From: Candidatus Njordarchaeota archaeon
Lineage (GTDB): Archaea; Asgardarchaeota; Njordarchaeia; Njordarchaeales; Panguiarchaeaceae
Direction: 5' to 3'
DNA length: 57,938 nucleotides
Assembly (NCBI GenBank): GCA_029856685.1
Contig: JAHKKZ010000002.1
Span: 1-57,938, forward strand
Part shown: piece after piece, positions 18,168-27,530 of the stretch
Layout of the letters: each line of letters opens with the position of its first letter
Numbering within the stretch: the first letter of the stretch is position 1
The notes under the pieces: generated by a model
Seen by the model: only the letters and a program-made list of their open reading frames with translations
What the model was told of the DNA's origin: nothing
Database searches by the model: none
Program-made: the position numbers and the translations under genes

Positions 18168-19109
18168 ATGAATGAATTAATCTACTATGTAGTTTCATTA
18201 ATAGGTGGGATAATAGCAGGGGGACTATTCTATTTAAGTAAGAGAAAAAGAGATCCTATATTAGCTAAAGTCATCGAGCATCTAACTAACTACTACCTAG
18301 ACGAAAAATTTTTTAGTTTGAAAAAAATAAGTGAGGAATTAGGGCTGCCTCAACAAGTTGTAGAAAAAGCTTTAGTGAGACTAGAAAAGGCTGGTGTAGT
18401 ATTGAGAACATCAAAGGGTTACTCACTCGTAGACCCCCTCGTCTTTTTGACTCCAAAGGACTACGAGAGAGCTTTGAGACTAACTAAAGGGGACAACATA
18501 ATTTATGGGGCATATCAATTATTTTATACAAGTCATCCACTAGTAGCTATAATTATGTGGCTAGTCATATTAGCTCCTCTAGCGATATTTATTGCGGTTC
18601 TTCTGGGAGTGGACTATGTAATAGATTCACTTGCACGCATATCTGGTGGGAGGATAGATCCTTTAGTACTCTCACTACTCTTTATTGGAGTGGGAATTGT
18701 CCTCTATGATTTAATAGACAATGTTGTCAAGGCATGGAACAGAGGAAAATATTCGGTGGTAGTAGGTTTCTACTCAGGAATTCTTTATGACCTCCATCCA
18801 GCTGATGAACTCTCCGGACGTATCCGCCGAGGCAGCGTAGCGCGTATCGACATAGATATGAGTCCAATACAAAAAATAAATAACTTCTTTGGATCAACCC
18901 CTGTTGGAGATGTAAGGATATGGCTTCATGGAAAGAAAGAGCCCATAGTATTTAGATCGATGCCTTACCCACGTGAACTATTCCTAGTTATACGCTCCGT
19001 CCAGCTTGGAAATCTTGCATGGAGAAAAAGGCATGCCAGAGAGCTCGCCCTCTGGCGTGGGAGGATATATCCATTCATTCCTTATAGTAAGAGGAGGGGG
19101 AGAAGATAA
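18168..19109 (+). CDS. membrane protein with a winged-helix segment and a C-terminal bacterial-PH (DUF304/bPH_2)-like domain
   Basis: There is an N-terminal TM helix, then ISEELGLPQQVVEKALVRLEKAGVVLRTSKGYSL (wHTH-like), then 2-3 TM helices. The tail YSVVVGFYSGILYD...IARIDIDMSPIQK...VRIWLHGKKEPIVF resembles membrane-flanked bPH domains. Confidence 0.45.
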   Translation: MNELIYYVVSLIGGIIAGGLFYLSKRKRDPILAKVIEHLTNYYLDEKFFSLKKISEELGLPQQVVEKALVRLEKAGVVLRTSKGYSLVDPLVFLTPKDYERALRLTKGDNIIYGAYQLFYTSHPLVAIIMWLVILAPLAIFIAVLLGVDYVIDSLARISGGRIDPLVLSLLFIGVGIVLYDLIDNVVKAWNRGKYSVVVGFYSGILYDLHPADELSGRIRRGSVARIDIDMSPIQKINNFFGSTPVGDVRIWLHGKKEPIVFRSMPYPRELFLVIRSVQLGNLAWRKRHARELALWRGRIYPFIPYSKRRGRR

Positions 19110-19672
19110 TGTCGGAGGAAGAAATCGTATTTGAAATACGTGAAAACCTTGAAGATGCGTATAGACTATCGCCTTATGCTCAAACTGTGCTTTTTGCGCT
19201 TGCAGAGTTTCTACTGATCTTAGGGATATACTATCTAAGAATAGGGTTTCCAGAAGCATACATTGTGTGGATTCTTGCGACGACAATGATATACCCGATG
19301 GTAATCAAAGTGAGGAATTTTGTTACTGAAATGATAGCTATAGTATTATATGGGGCGGCAATATCCGTAACGGCGATATATTTAGTGGACAAATTTGTCA
19401 TTGAGAAAACAGCTGAGGCGAATCTATGGGTAATTGTGATATTTCTTCTGATACTTGGAGTAGAATTGTTCCACCATGTGTATGAGAAGGCCAGAACTGT
19501 GCGGACAAAAACAATAATAATAGCAGATTTGATATTGACTGCGATATTTGCTTATGTTACGTGGAACCTAATGCAGATATTTATTCCAGGAGATCTATTC
19601 TGGGCCCTCCTAGGGACGGGGGCCCTATCAATAGCGTACTTCGTTGCAATATTCCCTGAAAAACCATTCTAG
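19109..19672 (+). CDS. hypothetical integral membrane protein (about 5 TM helices)
   Basis: The start ATG overlaps the upstream stop (TAATG). The hydrophobic helices are obvious. Confidence 0.55.
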   Translation: MSEEEIVFEIRENLEDAYRLSPYAQTVLFALAEFLLILGIYYLRIGFPEAYIVWILATTMIYPMVIKVRNFVTEMIAIVLYGAAISVTAIYLVDKFVIEKTAEANLWVIVIFLLILGVELFHHVYEKARTVRTKTIIIADLILTAIFAYVTWNLMQIFIPGDLFWALLGTGALSIAYFVAIFPEKPF

Positions 19673-19732
19673 ACAACCTAATTATTTTTCTTTTTTCATT
19701 CATAGGACACAGTCCTATAATAGTGAATCTCA

Positions 19733-20650
19733 ATGAAAATATACGATAGATTTGGGCGACCGATAGAAAATCTCCGCATAATAATTACTACAGCATGCAA
19801 CTATAATTGCATTTTCTGCCATTCGGAAGGATACTATCATTGTTTCAAAGACTCATATCCGATGCTAACGGCTGAAGAGGTCAGAAAAATTGGGATCATT
19901 GCCCGTAGATTTGAGATAGACGCGGTGAAGATTACGGGAGGAGAACCCCTTCTGCACCCACAAATTTTAGAAATTATATCGACCCTCAAGCTTCTGGGCT
20001 TCAAAGATATCTCTCTAGTCACAAATGGATCTCTTCTCTGGAGACTGGCATATAAACTTAAAGAACAAGGTCTAACAAGGATAAATATCTCACTAGTTTC
20101 GCTGAGAGAAGATCGCTATGATGTCATTACTCGGACAAAAAATATGTTACCTAGGGTTCTCGAGGGTATATCACGAGCTGTGGAGGCTGGGCTTAATCCA
20201 GTCAAAATCAATGTTGTTGTACTTCGAGGCATAAACGATGACGAAATCTTCGATTTCATCGAGTTTGGGAGGAATAATAATGTTGTGATACAATTTATCG
20301 AATATCACTCATCGGATACGAATGATAAGTTATTCAAAAAATTTTATAGGCCGATAGAAGACCTACAGAAAATTTTGGAATCAAAAGCAGAGAGAATAAT
20401 TGTTAGGAAGATGCAGGGTAGGCGGCGCTACGTTGTTGATGGTGTTGAGATAGAATTGGTAAGACCGATGTTTAATTCTACATTTTGCAAAAACTGTATA
20501 AGGATCAGGGCGACTCCTACGGGATGGAAACCTTGTCTTCTGAGAGACACAATAGTAGGATATTCAGATAGTCTTAGAAGTGAGGATCTTCGTGGTCTTG
20601 CAAGAAAATTTATAGAAGCAATCCGTATGAGACAACCATTCTTCGAATAG
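19733..20650 (+). CDS. moaA: GTP 3',8-cyclase (molybdenum cofactor biosynthesis protein A)
   Basis: The N-terminal radical SAM cluster is CNYNCIFC. ITGGEPLL is present, and the C-terminal CxxC segment (FCKNCIRIR) belongs to the second cluster. Confidence 0.85.
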   Translation: MKIYDRFGRPIENLRIIITTACNYNCIFCHSEGYYHCFKDSYPMLTAEEVRKIGIIARRFEIDAVKITGGEPLLHPQILEIISTLKLLGFKDISLVTNGSLLWRLAYKLKEQGLTRINISLVSLREDRYDVITRTKNMLPRVLEGISRAVEAGLNPVKINVVVLRGINDDEIFDFIEFGRNNNVVIQFIEYHSSDTNDKLFKKFYRPIEDLQKILESKAERIIVRKMQGRRRYVVDGVEIELVRPMFNSTFCKNCIRIRATPTGWKPCLLRDTIVGYSDSLRSEDLRGLARKFIEAIRMRQPFFE

Positions 20651-20724
20651 ATGATTAAGAAAAATGGAATTTCCGAATACTTTAATACTTCTTAATAATT
20701 AGACTGAAGGTTATAGAGCCCCTC

Positions 20725-20746
20725 GAAATTCCTTAGTAGGAATTTC
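20725..20746. repeat. perfect 8-bp stem / 6-nt loop hairpin (GAAATTCC ttagta GGAATTTC) between moaA and aRF1
   Basis: Read directly from the sequence. The 9-mer GGAATTTCC also occurs at 20666-20674 and 20739-20747. Confidence 0.6.
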
Positions 20747-20820
20747 CTAGCTAGCCCCCACTATTAAAACATATTGCTGTGTTACCAATAATTCAGAATC
20801 TGTTATTGTGGTGTATCTAG

Positions 20821-22077
20821 ATGCCGAGAATAGACATGAGTACATGGGACATAGAGGATAAGGCGGTTAGAAGAAAAATCCTTAGAATAGTAAATGATCT
20901 TAAAAGTAAGACATCGTATGATGGTCATTCTACTACGTTAGTAACAATATGGATACCGCCTAAAACACCCGTTTCAGAGATATCCGCACTCATAAACCAA
21001 GAACTTGCGACAGCAGCGCGAATAAAGTCTAGGACAACAAGAAAGCATGTTCAAGCCGCCCTTAGAAGCATAGCATCAAAATTTAAGGCCTGGCCCCAAA
21101 TTCCCGAAAATGGTTTATTAATCTTCTGTGGCTGGACACAACAATCAAACGATTTGGAGTACTGGGAAATAATACCCCCCATCCCTATTCAGAAGAAGCT
21201 ATACATGTGCGATTCTATATTTCATGTGGAGGTGTTAGAGGAAATACTTAAGACTCACCACACATATGGCATAATAATTGTTGAAAGAGACGAATCAACA
21301 ATTGGTCTACTGCAAGGATCAACGATCAGAGTCCTAAAGCGAATAGAAACATATGTACATGGAAAGCATGGTAAAGGCGGACAGAGCCAAAGGCGTTTTG
21401 AGAGGCAAATAGAATCTGCATATGAATATCATCTCAAAAAAACAGCAGAAGAAGCAAACAAAATATTTCTTCATATGCTTGATAAACTAAATGGCATTAT
21501 AGTCGCGGGCCCCGCATTTGCAAAAGAGGATTTTGTTGATGTAGATAGTCTTGACTATAGACTTCGCAAAAAAATAATTGGTTTAGTTTCAGCTCAGTAT
21601 CAAGGATATGAGGGGCTTAGAGAAGCTGTAAACAATGCGATCAATCTAATAAAGGAAACAGAATACGCGAAGCAGAAAGAAGCTTTTGATGAACTTATGG
21701 AAGCCATGAATATCTCACCAGAAAAAGTTGTTGTTGGTCTTCAAGAAACGATGAGGGCTCTTGAGGAGGGTAGATTAGACAAAGTTTTCATAGCGGAAGA
21801 CCTCGATAAAGTCTTAGCTAAGATTCAATGCGGGAATAAAACTGAGAGATATATCCTTGTAGACTCGTCCAAAGATGCTGAGCAAATAGCAAAAGATATA
21901 TGTAAGGATTTGGGCGATCCGAAAGTTGATATTGTTGATGAGAGTTTAATAAACTTTGTGCTTGATAAGGCATCCAATGTATCGACTCATGTGATAATAA
22001 TATCAAAGGATAATAAGGAGCATTTTGACCAACTTAAAAGCGGGTTTGGAGGAATTGTAGGTTTAGCCCGATATTGA
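20821..22077 (+). CDS. prf1: peptide chain release factor aRF1
   Basis: The GGQ motif is HGKGGQSQRRFER and the YxCxxxF motif is YMCDSIF. A NIKS-like loop reads TAARIKS. The protein is 418 aa. Confidence 0.9.
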   Translation: MPRIDMSTWDIEDKAVRRKILRIVNDLKSKTSYDGHSTTLVTIWIPPKTPVSEISALINQELATAARIKSRTTRKHVQAALRSIASKFKAWPQIPENGLLIFCGWTQQSNDLEYWEIIPPIPIQKKLYMCDSIFHVEVLEEILKTHHTYGIIIVERDESTIGLLQGSTIRVLKRIETYVHGKHGKGGQSQRRFERQIESAYEYHLKKTAEEANKIFLHMLDKLNGIIVAGPAFAKEDFVDVDSLDYRLRKKIIGLVSAQYQGYEGLREAVNNAINLIKETEYAKQKEAFDELMEAMNISPEKVVVGLQETMRALEEGRLDKVFIAEDLDKVLAKIQCGNKTERYILVDSSKDAEQIAKDICKDLGDPKVDIVDESLINFVLDKASNVSTHVIIISKDNKEHFDQLKSGFGGIVGLARY

Positions 22078-22078
22078 G

Positions 22079-23662
22079 GTGTGCTATTTGAAAAAAAACA
22101 ATGGAAAGCTCAAAGAAATTATCTATTCAATGACAGAGATAGAACGAAAGCTTCTTCAATCATTAGCGAAAACAAGCAAAAGAAAGATAGACATTGATAC
22201 TGCTATTAGAATCTCTGGGCTAACGGAAGCAGAGGTAAATAGAGCGATACTATGGCTGGAAAACAAAGGAATAATCAAGAGAGAGTCGCTTGAAACTAAA
22301 GTATATGTTCCCACGAAGAAAGCCTATACCTATGCAGAGAGGCCACTTCCAGAAACTCAGCTCCTTAACATGCTTAAGACCATGAAGAAAATTCCTTTGA
22401 GTAGTTTGTCCGACCACGGATTTACTGATGACGAAATAGCTGCCGCATTGGGGACGCTTCTCCGCACGAAGCTTGCTCAAATTCTAAGAGAGGATAAAGA
22501 AAAATATATTGTTCTGACAAACAAAGCAGAAAATATTAAGATTCCTGAAACTGAGAAAAATCTAAGAAAGTTACTTGAGCAGCGAGAAATCCCTCTGGAT
22601 GAAGAAAGCCCAGAACTTAAACTGCTACTTAGAAGAGGTCTCGCAAAGCTTGAGACGAAGACTAGGTGGATTCTAGAACTAACAGAATTAGGCGAGAAAA
22701 TAGTATCAGTTGGGATACCAGAAGTCGGATTCATTGAGCGGATAACACCAGAAATAATAGTCGCTAGGGAATGGGAACGGCGCCCTATACGTTGGTATGA
22801 TGTCGAAGCTTGGACTCCGAAGATATGGGGTGGACGTAAAAATCCATTGAAGCTCCTCGCTGAGAAGATAAGACGAGTATTCATATCTATGGGGTTTAAA
22901 GAGATGCGATCACCTTGGGTGGATACGGAATTCTGGTGTTTCGACTCGATGTGGATCCCACAGGATCATCCAGCACGCGAAATGCAGAGTACTTTCTGGT
23001 TGTCTCAACCTAGCGGAGGAATACTACCTGAAGAAGAGTTAGTAAGCAGAATTAAAGAGATCCAGGAGAATGGTGGAGACACAGGAAGCATTGGTTGGAG
23101 GCTTCCATGGAGCGAAAAAATTGCGCAGAGATGCATTCTGAGGACCCATACAACAGCAACAACATTTAGAGTTCTTGGTTATGCCATAAGGACAGGGAAA
23201 ATAAAACCTCCAGTAAAATTCTTTGCTGTAGGCAGGGTATTTAGAAACGAAACAATCGACTGGAAACATCTCTGCGAGTTTCATCAAATTGAAGGATTCG
23301 TAATAGCTCCGAACTTGACCCTTAGAAGTCTTATGGGTTACATAAAGGAATTCTATGTGAGGATGGGAATAAAGAAAATCCGGTTTAAACCCACATATAA
23401 TCCCTATACGGAGCCGTCTATGGAAATATTTGCATGGCATGAGAAGAATAAAAGATGGGTTGAAGTTGGAAACTCGGGGATGTTTAGACCAGAATCTCTG
23501 GCACCATATGGAGTAAAATGGCCAACAATCGCGTGGGGCCTCGCATTGGAGAGACTAGCAATGCTTATATGGAATATCGAAGATATACGAAAAATTCTTG
23601 GCCCAACAGTTGAACTTAATTGGCTAAGAAGATATTCATATCCAGGAAAAGTCTTTGGATAG
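22079..23662 (+). CDS. pheS: phenylalanine--tRNA ligase alpha subunit
   Basis: Class II motif 2 is FAVGRVFRNE and motif 3 is AWGLALERLAML. N-terminal winged-helix repeats are present. The start is uncertain: GTG at 22079, or ATG at 22130 (MTEIERKLL). Confidence 0.9.
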   Translation: MCYLKKNNGKLKEIIYSMTEIERKLLQSLAKTSKRKIDIDTAIRISGLTEAEVNRAILWLENKGIIKRESLETKVYVPTKKAYTYAERPLPETQLLNMLKTMKKIPLSSLSDHGFTDDEIAAALGTLLRTKLAQILREDKEKYIVLTNKAENIKIPETEKNLRKLLEQREIPLDEESPELKLLLRRGLAKLETKTRWILELTELGEKIVSVGIPEVGFIERITPEIIVAREWERRPIRWYDVEAWTPKIWGGRKNPLKLLAEKIRRVFISMGFKEMRSPWVDTEFWCFDSMWIPQDHPAREMQSTFWLSQPSGGILPEEELVSRIKEIQENGGDTGSIGWRLPWSEKIAQRCILRTHTTATTFRVLGYAIRTGKIKPPVKFFAVGRVFRNETIDWKHLCEFHQIEGFVIAPNLTLRSLMGYIKEFYVRMGIKKIRFKPTYNPYTEPSMEIFAWHEKNKRWVEVGNSGMFRPESLAPYGVKWPTIAWGLALERLAMLIWNIEDIRKILGPTVELNWLRRYSYPGKVFG

Positions 23663-23828
23663 TATTGCTCAGGAATAGTAAAATCTTTTATTTCTAATTG
23701 TTTTCTTTATTATCTGGGCTTGAAATCCAAATGACTTGTCAAGACTTCGACCTAGTACCTTTTTTGGCTATGTCAAAGCACCGTAAGTAAAACTGCAGGG
23801 TTCGTATGGAGAGACCTGGTGATCCAAT

Positions 23829-24386
23829 ATGGCACCAATAATGATTGTGTGTCCTAAATGTAGAAGAAGGGAAGAAATAAAACTAAACGAGTTTATTCTT
23901 CGGGAACTTCACATTACAGGTTCTGCCAACATAGCTTATTATCACTCAGATCACATTTTGTATGTCAATATGGATAGGTATGCTATTAGAACGATCGCGA
24001 CATATGATCCTCCAAGCATGCTGATTCATGGACTGAATATCTACGTGGATGAATACTTTGTTCTCAGACAACCAATAATACCTAACGACATGGAGATAAT
24101 GTTCATAGATATAAAGAGAAAGGTTGCTGATGCGCGTCTAGTTTCGAACCATATGTATGCCGTATCACTAATCCGATATCTAAGAATAAATAGGAAGGCG
24201 ATACCGGAGGAAGGTGCAATAAATGCATATGGAGTGAACTATATGATCAAAAGAAATGGTAGTATCCTACTTGCTAAGAAACTGAAGGACGATGGGGATA
24301 AAGCAAAGAATATACTAATGCGTTTGCTGGCGGACATAAAGGGGGTGCCAGTAAATTTAGAGAAAGTTCTAGACATAATACTATAG
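23829..24386 (+). CDS. hypothetical CPxC protein, shorter paralog of 12479..13366
   Basis: IVCPKCRRR...AYYHSDHILYVNMDRYAIRTIAT and YVDEYFVLRQP...EIMFIDIKRKVADAR align with ORF 12479..13366. Confidence 0.6.
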   Translation: MAPIMIVCPKCRRREEIKLNEFILRELHITGSANIAYYHSDHILYVNMDRYAIRTIATYDPPSMLIHGLNIYVDEYFVLRQPIIPNDMEIMFIDIKRKVADARLVSNHMYAVSLIRYLRINRKAIPEEGAINAYGVNYMIKRNGSILLAKKLKDDGDKAKNILMRLLADIKGVPVNLEKVLDIIL

Positions 24387-24450
24387 GGACTTAGGGACAT
24401 CATAGGAATTATATTATCTTTTTTATCCATATGGGGGGGAGCTGTCTTAG

Positions 24451-25710
24451 GTGATTCTCATGGGCGTTTCCTTAGAGAAGGTATTTGATATGAGCATAGT
24501 TAAGCCGGGGAGTACTGTCATATGTCGAATAGACATTAATAGTCCGATTAAAAAGCAAGGAGATGAAGTGATTATCCTCGATGACACGCGATTTAGAAGT
24601 CATAAGAAGACTATCGAGCAGCTCATAGATAATTCCAATAGGGTTGTTCTTCTTGCGCATCAGGGAAGACCGGGCAGAGAGGATTTTGTGTCACTTAGAC
24701 CGCATGCTGAGCTTTTCTCAGAGATCTTAGAATTGGATGTCAAATTTGTTGACGATATTTTAGGAACAAAAGCAATCAATGCAATAAAAAATCTAGGCCA
24801 AGGAGAAATCTTGTTGTTAGACAACGTTAGATTGCTTGAGTTCGAATACCAAAACAAAGCACCAGAGGAACATGCAAAATCTCCTCTCGTCAAAACTCTG
24901 AGTAAGTATGCAGATTTCTTCGTTCTGGACGGCTTTGCCGTCGCACATAGAGCCCACGCATCGGTGGTGGGGTTCGCTCCTGTTTTACCTTCTGCCGCTG
25001 GTTTACTAATGGAAAAAGAGATAATGAATCTAGACAGAATTAGGAAGCAGGCATCGGAATACACTCTAATATTTGGAGGCGCTAAACTCTCAGATGCTGT
25101 GAAATATATACAAAAATTTCTAGAGAGTGGAAAAACTGATAGGATTCTCCTAACAGGACTAGTAGCCCTCGCATTTCACATGGTAAAGGGCCTTAAAATT
25201 CCTTCACAGACAAAGGAATTAATCTTAGATAGATTAGGAAATAAAGGAATAGAGAAGATCCGAGCCCTAGCTAAGAGCGACAAAATAGTACTTCCATTGG
25301 ACTATGGTGTGGAGGTCAATGGAACTAGGAAAAATATATCGGTAGACAAGATTAATGAGGTTGATGCCCCAGCCAAAGACATAGGCCCTGCCACGATAGA
25401 ATATTATCTCGATCTCATTAGAGATCGGGATGCGATTCTAATTAAAGGTCCCGCTGGGGTTATTGAGGACGAGAAGTTTGCTTGGGGCTCAAAGACTCTT
25501 CTAGAGAAACTATTCAGAATGAATAAATTTATTATGTTCTTTGGGGGGCACCTCGTAAGTGTTCTGGGCGAGATAGATGAGTCTATAAAAAGAGGAAAAT
25601 ACTTCGTTAGCACTGGTGGTGGAGCAGCTGTAGAATATCTACTCAAAGGTACTCTCGCAGGGCTAGAAGCACTTAAGCTTTCATATAGAATATTCGCAAA
25701 TAGAGTTTGA
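24451..25710 (+). CDS. pgk: phosphoglycerate kinase
   Basis: VLLAHQGRPG, FVLDGFAVAHRAHAS and STGGGA are present. The protein is 419 aa, and the ATG at 24460 is an alternative start. Confidence 0.9.
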   Translation: MILMGVSLEKVFDMSIVKPGSTVICRIDINSPIKKQGDEVIILDDTRFRSHKKTIEQLIDNSNRVVLLAHQGRPGREDFVSLRPHAELFSEILELDVKFVDDILGTKAINAIKNLGQGEILLLDNVRLLEFEYQNKAPEEHAKSPLVKTLSKYADFFVLDGFAVAHRAHASVVGFAPVLPSAAGLLMEKEIMNLDRIRKQASEYTLIFGGAKLSDAVKYIQKFLESGKTDRILLTGLVALAFHMVKGLKIPSQTKELILDRLGNKGIEKIRALAKSDKIVLPLDYGVEVNGTRKNISVDKINEVDAPAKDIGPATIEYYLDLIRDRDAILIKGPAGVIEDEKFAWGSKTLLEKLFRMNKFIMFFGGHLVSVLGEIDESIKRGKYFVSTGGGAAVEYLLKGTLAGLEALKLSYRIFANRV

Positions 25711-25802
25711 TAATAATGGTCTCGATATGTGCTTCACCGCCCTTTTGTATCCTATCCTTCAGAACCAACTTTTTTAAAATTGTTTTTAATTGTTTTCCAA
25801 GG

Positions 25803-25813
25803 TTATTTTAAAA
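25803..25813 (+). promoter_or_regulatory. TATA-box-like element for a probably leaderless transcript of the next gene
   Basis: ttattttaaaa is centred about 23-25 nt upstream of the ATG at 25831, and there is no SD in between. Confidence 0.3.
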
Positions 25814-25830
25814 CGAATTGGTGTTTGCAT

Positions 25831-26331
25831 ATGAGTATGTCCTTTCTAGATACAATAAAATATGCGGATGAAGAGGAAGCCCAAACGCTAATAGAAGATA
25901 TGATCCAGAAGCAAGCTGAGGAGAACGTAGAGAAAGTGAAATCGATACTTATAGCTCTTCTAAAAAGTCCTGAGAGAAAAGCTAGGCGTGCGGTTCTGAG
26001 AGCAATAAAAAATGTTGGTTTTGCGGACAAAGACATTATAGGGCGTTGCGCTGTCCTAACAAAGGAGGATTTGGAGAAATCTGTCCGAGATCTGGCATAC
26101 GAAACTGTGTTATCAGTACTGAAAAATGCCAGTTTAGAGAAGAAAAAAGAGCTGGTAGTAGTCATTCTTAGATTAGTCTCTAAAGGTAAAGCAATGATAG
26201 ATGTGACAGACGTGATAGAAAGCATTGGCGAGGACTTCGCGAGACAATTGCTTACTGATTCAGAAATAGACAATGAGACAAAAGACACAATAAAGTTTGC
26301 TCTCGAGTACTTGGAGAGCCAGAAAAAATAA
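25831..26331 (+). CDS. hypothetical helical-repeat (HEAT-like) protein
   Basis: This is the internal ATG of track ORF 25729..26331. The sequence is Lys/Glu-rich and helical (ALLKSPERKARRAVLRAIKNVG). The antisense ORF 25803..26348 is Ser-rich, low-complexity shadow. Confidence 0.5.
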   Translation: MSMSFLDTIKYADEEEAQTLIEDMIQKQAEENVEKVKSILIALLKSPERKARRAVLRAIKNVGFADKDIIGRCAVLTKEDLEKSVRDLAYETVLSVLKNASLEKKKELVVVILRLVSKGKAMIDVTDVIESIGEDFARQLLTDSEIDNETKDTIKFALEYLESQKK

Positions 26332-26407
26332 TTTTTTGGTTTGAGCATTATGCTTTGCGGTATTTTTCAATGAACTTTAATTTAGGTGCTATTGGGGGTT
26401 GTTATGA

Positions 26408-27517
26408 TTGGTAAACATTAAGGAGCTATTAATAGCGTTTCTCAAAAAAGAGCCATACTCACGTCTTCGACCTGTGGCCAAGTATGGTATTCATGAACTG
26501 TTAAGAGCGCTTAATTGGGCAGCAGCAAGCGAGATCCTAAACGCTTTCTATGAGTTGGGTCTGGATAAAACCCTTAAAACGCCTAAGTCAACAATGGAAG
26601 TAGCATTGGAGCATTCAATAGAAGATACTATATTCCTTCACGAGTTCCTTCGTGCTCTCGTCAAAATGAGAATTCTGGATGAAGCTGCTGGAAGATTTAA
26701 GTTGAAAATATTCATAGGAAAACTTAAAAAACCATCAACTGTAGATGTTCTCCAGAAAACTCCTATGAGAGCTATATTCGAAGTAATAAGACTAACCGGC
26801 GATAATATCATTGATGTTCTTATGACTGGGAAAAGAGAACTCAAATGGCTAACAGATGCAGCGATCGCCTTCGAGCCTCTAGAGTTCTCTCCACAACTTG
26901 TTATGCTTCGCCTTAAAACTCTTGAGATACTATACAAGGGCGTAAAAGAGAGATTAAAAATATCGGGTGTTGAAGACCCTGTTATACTCACTATCGGATT
27001 AGCTTCGGGATTCGGATTGGTCAATGTTGCCCAATTTTTCCAGAAGATTAGAGGCAAAATTATAGCATTGGACCCTTCCGAGCGAGAAGTAAGATTAGCT
27101 GAAGGTCTCCTAGAGGACTTCGGACTTAATGAAGTAGTAAATGTTGATATATTTGACATATCTAAGAGTCTCCATAAATCAGCTATTGTTAGTGAGTTCC
27201 TCAAAAATAGAGATGGGTTTGATGCCGTAATATCAATTGAGAGATGGCGTTTTTATGACAGTGTTATGCGGTCACAGATATTAGCCAACATAGCATTCCA
27301 TATGGCGCTCTATGGATCCCTTGTTGATTTTGATTTTGTGAAAGAACAGATACTATTTCTGAACACTGTTCTATACACAATAGAAGGCTGGAGAGGTTTT
27401 CTCGCTATGAATGAAAAGAGGGAGATGTTCAGCTTAGTATTTCAAAAGATTAAGGAGCGTGCAGGAAAAATGATAATAAGGGCAGATCTACCCCTCGTTA
27501 AGGGAATATGGTTATAG
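26408..27517 (+). CDS. hypothetical protein with O-methyltransferase-like architecture and a degenerate SAM-binding loop
   Basis: An N-terminal wHTH-like dimerisation region is followed by ILTIGLASGFG (compare VLDVGGGxG), IIALDPSE, and FDAVISIERWRFYD (compare the LHDW segment of OMTs). The similarity is weak. Confidence 0.35.
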   Translation: MVNIKELLIAFLKKEPYSRLRPVAKYGIHELLRALNWAAASEILNAFYELGLDKTLKTPKSTMEVALEHSIEDTIFLHEFLRALVKMRILDEAAGRFKLKIFIGKLKKPSTVDVLQKTPMRAIFEVIRLTGDNIIDVLMTGKRELKWLTDAAIAFEPLEFSPQLVMLRLKTLEILYKGVKERLKISGVEDPVILTIGLASGFGLVNVAQFFQKIRGKIIALDPSEREVRLAEGLLEDFGLNEVVNVDIFDISKSLHKSAIVSEFLKNRDGFDAVISIERWRFYDSVMRSQILANIAFHMALYGSLVDFDFVKEQILFLNTVLYTIEGWRGFLAMNEKREMFSLVFQKIKERAGKMIIRADLPLVKGIWL

Positions 27518-27530
27518 GCGGTGTGACAAT

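Noticed and set aside
20651-20707. AUGAUUA ... CUGA, 57 nt apart, after moaA
   Set aside because: The C-box candidate lacks the second GA needed for the kink-turn, and no C'/D' boxes are present.
25803-26348. 181-aa minus-strand ORF antisense to the HEAT-like gene
   Set aside because: It is Ser/Phe-rich and low-complexity, typical of the antisense of a Lys/Glu-rich gene. The plus-strand product is far more protein-like.
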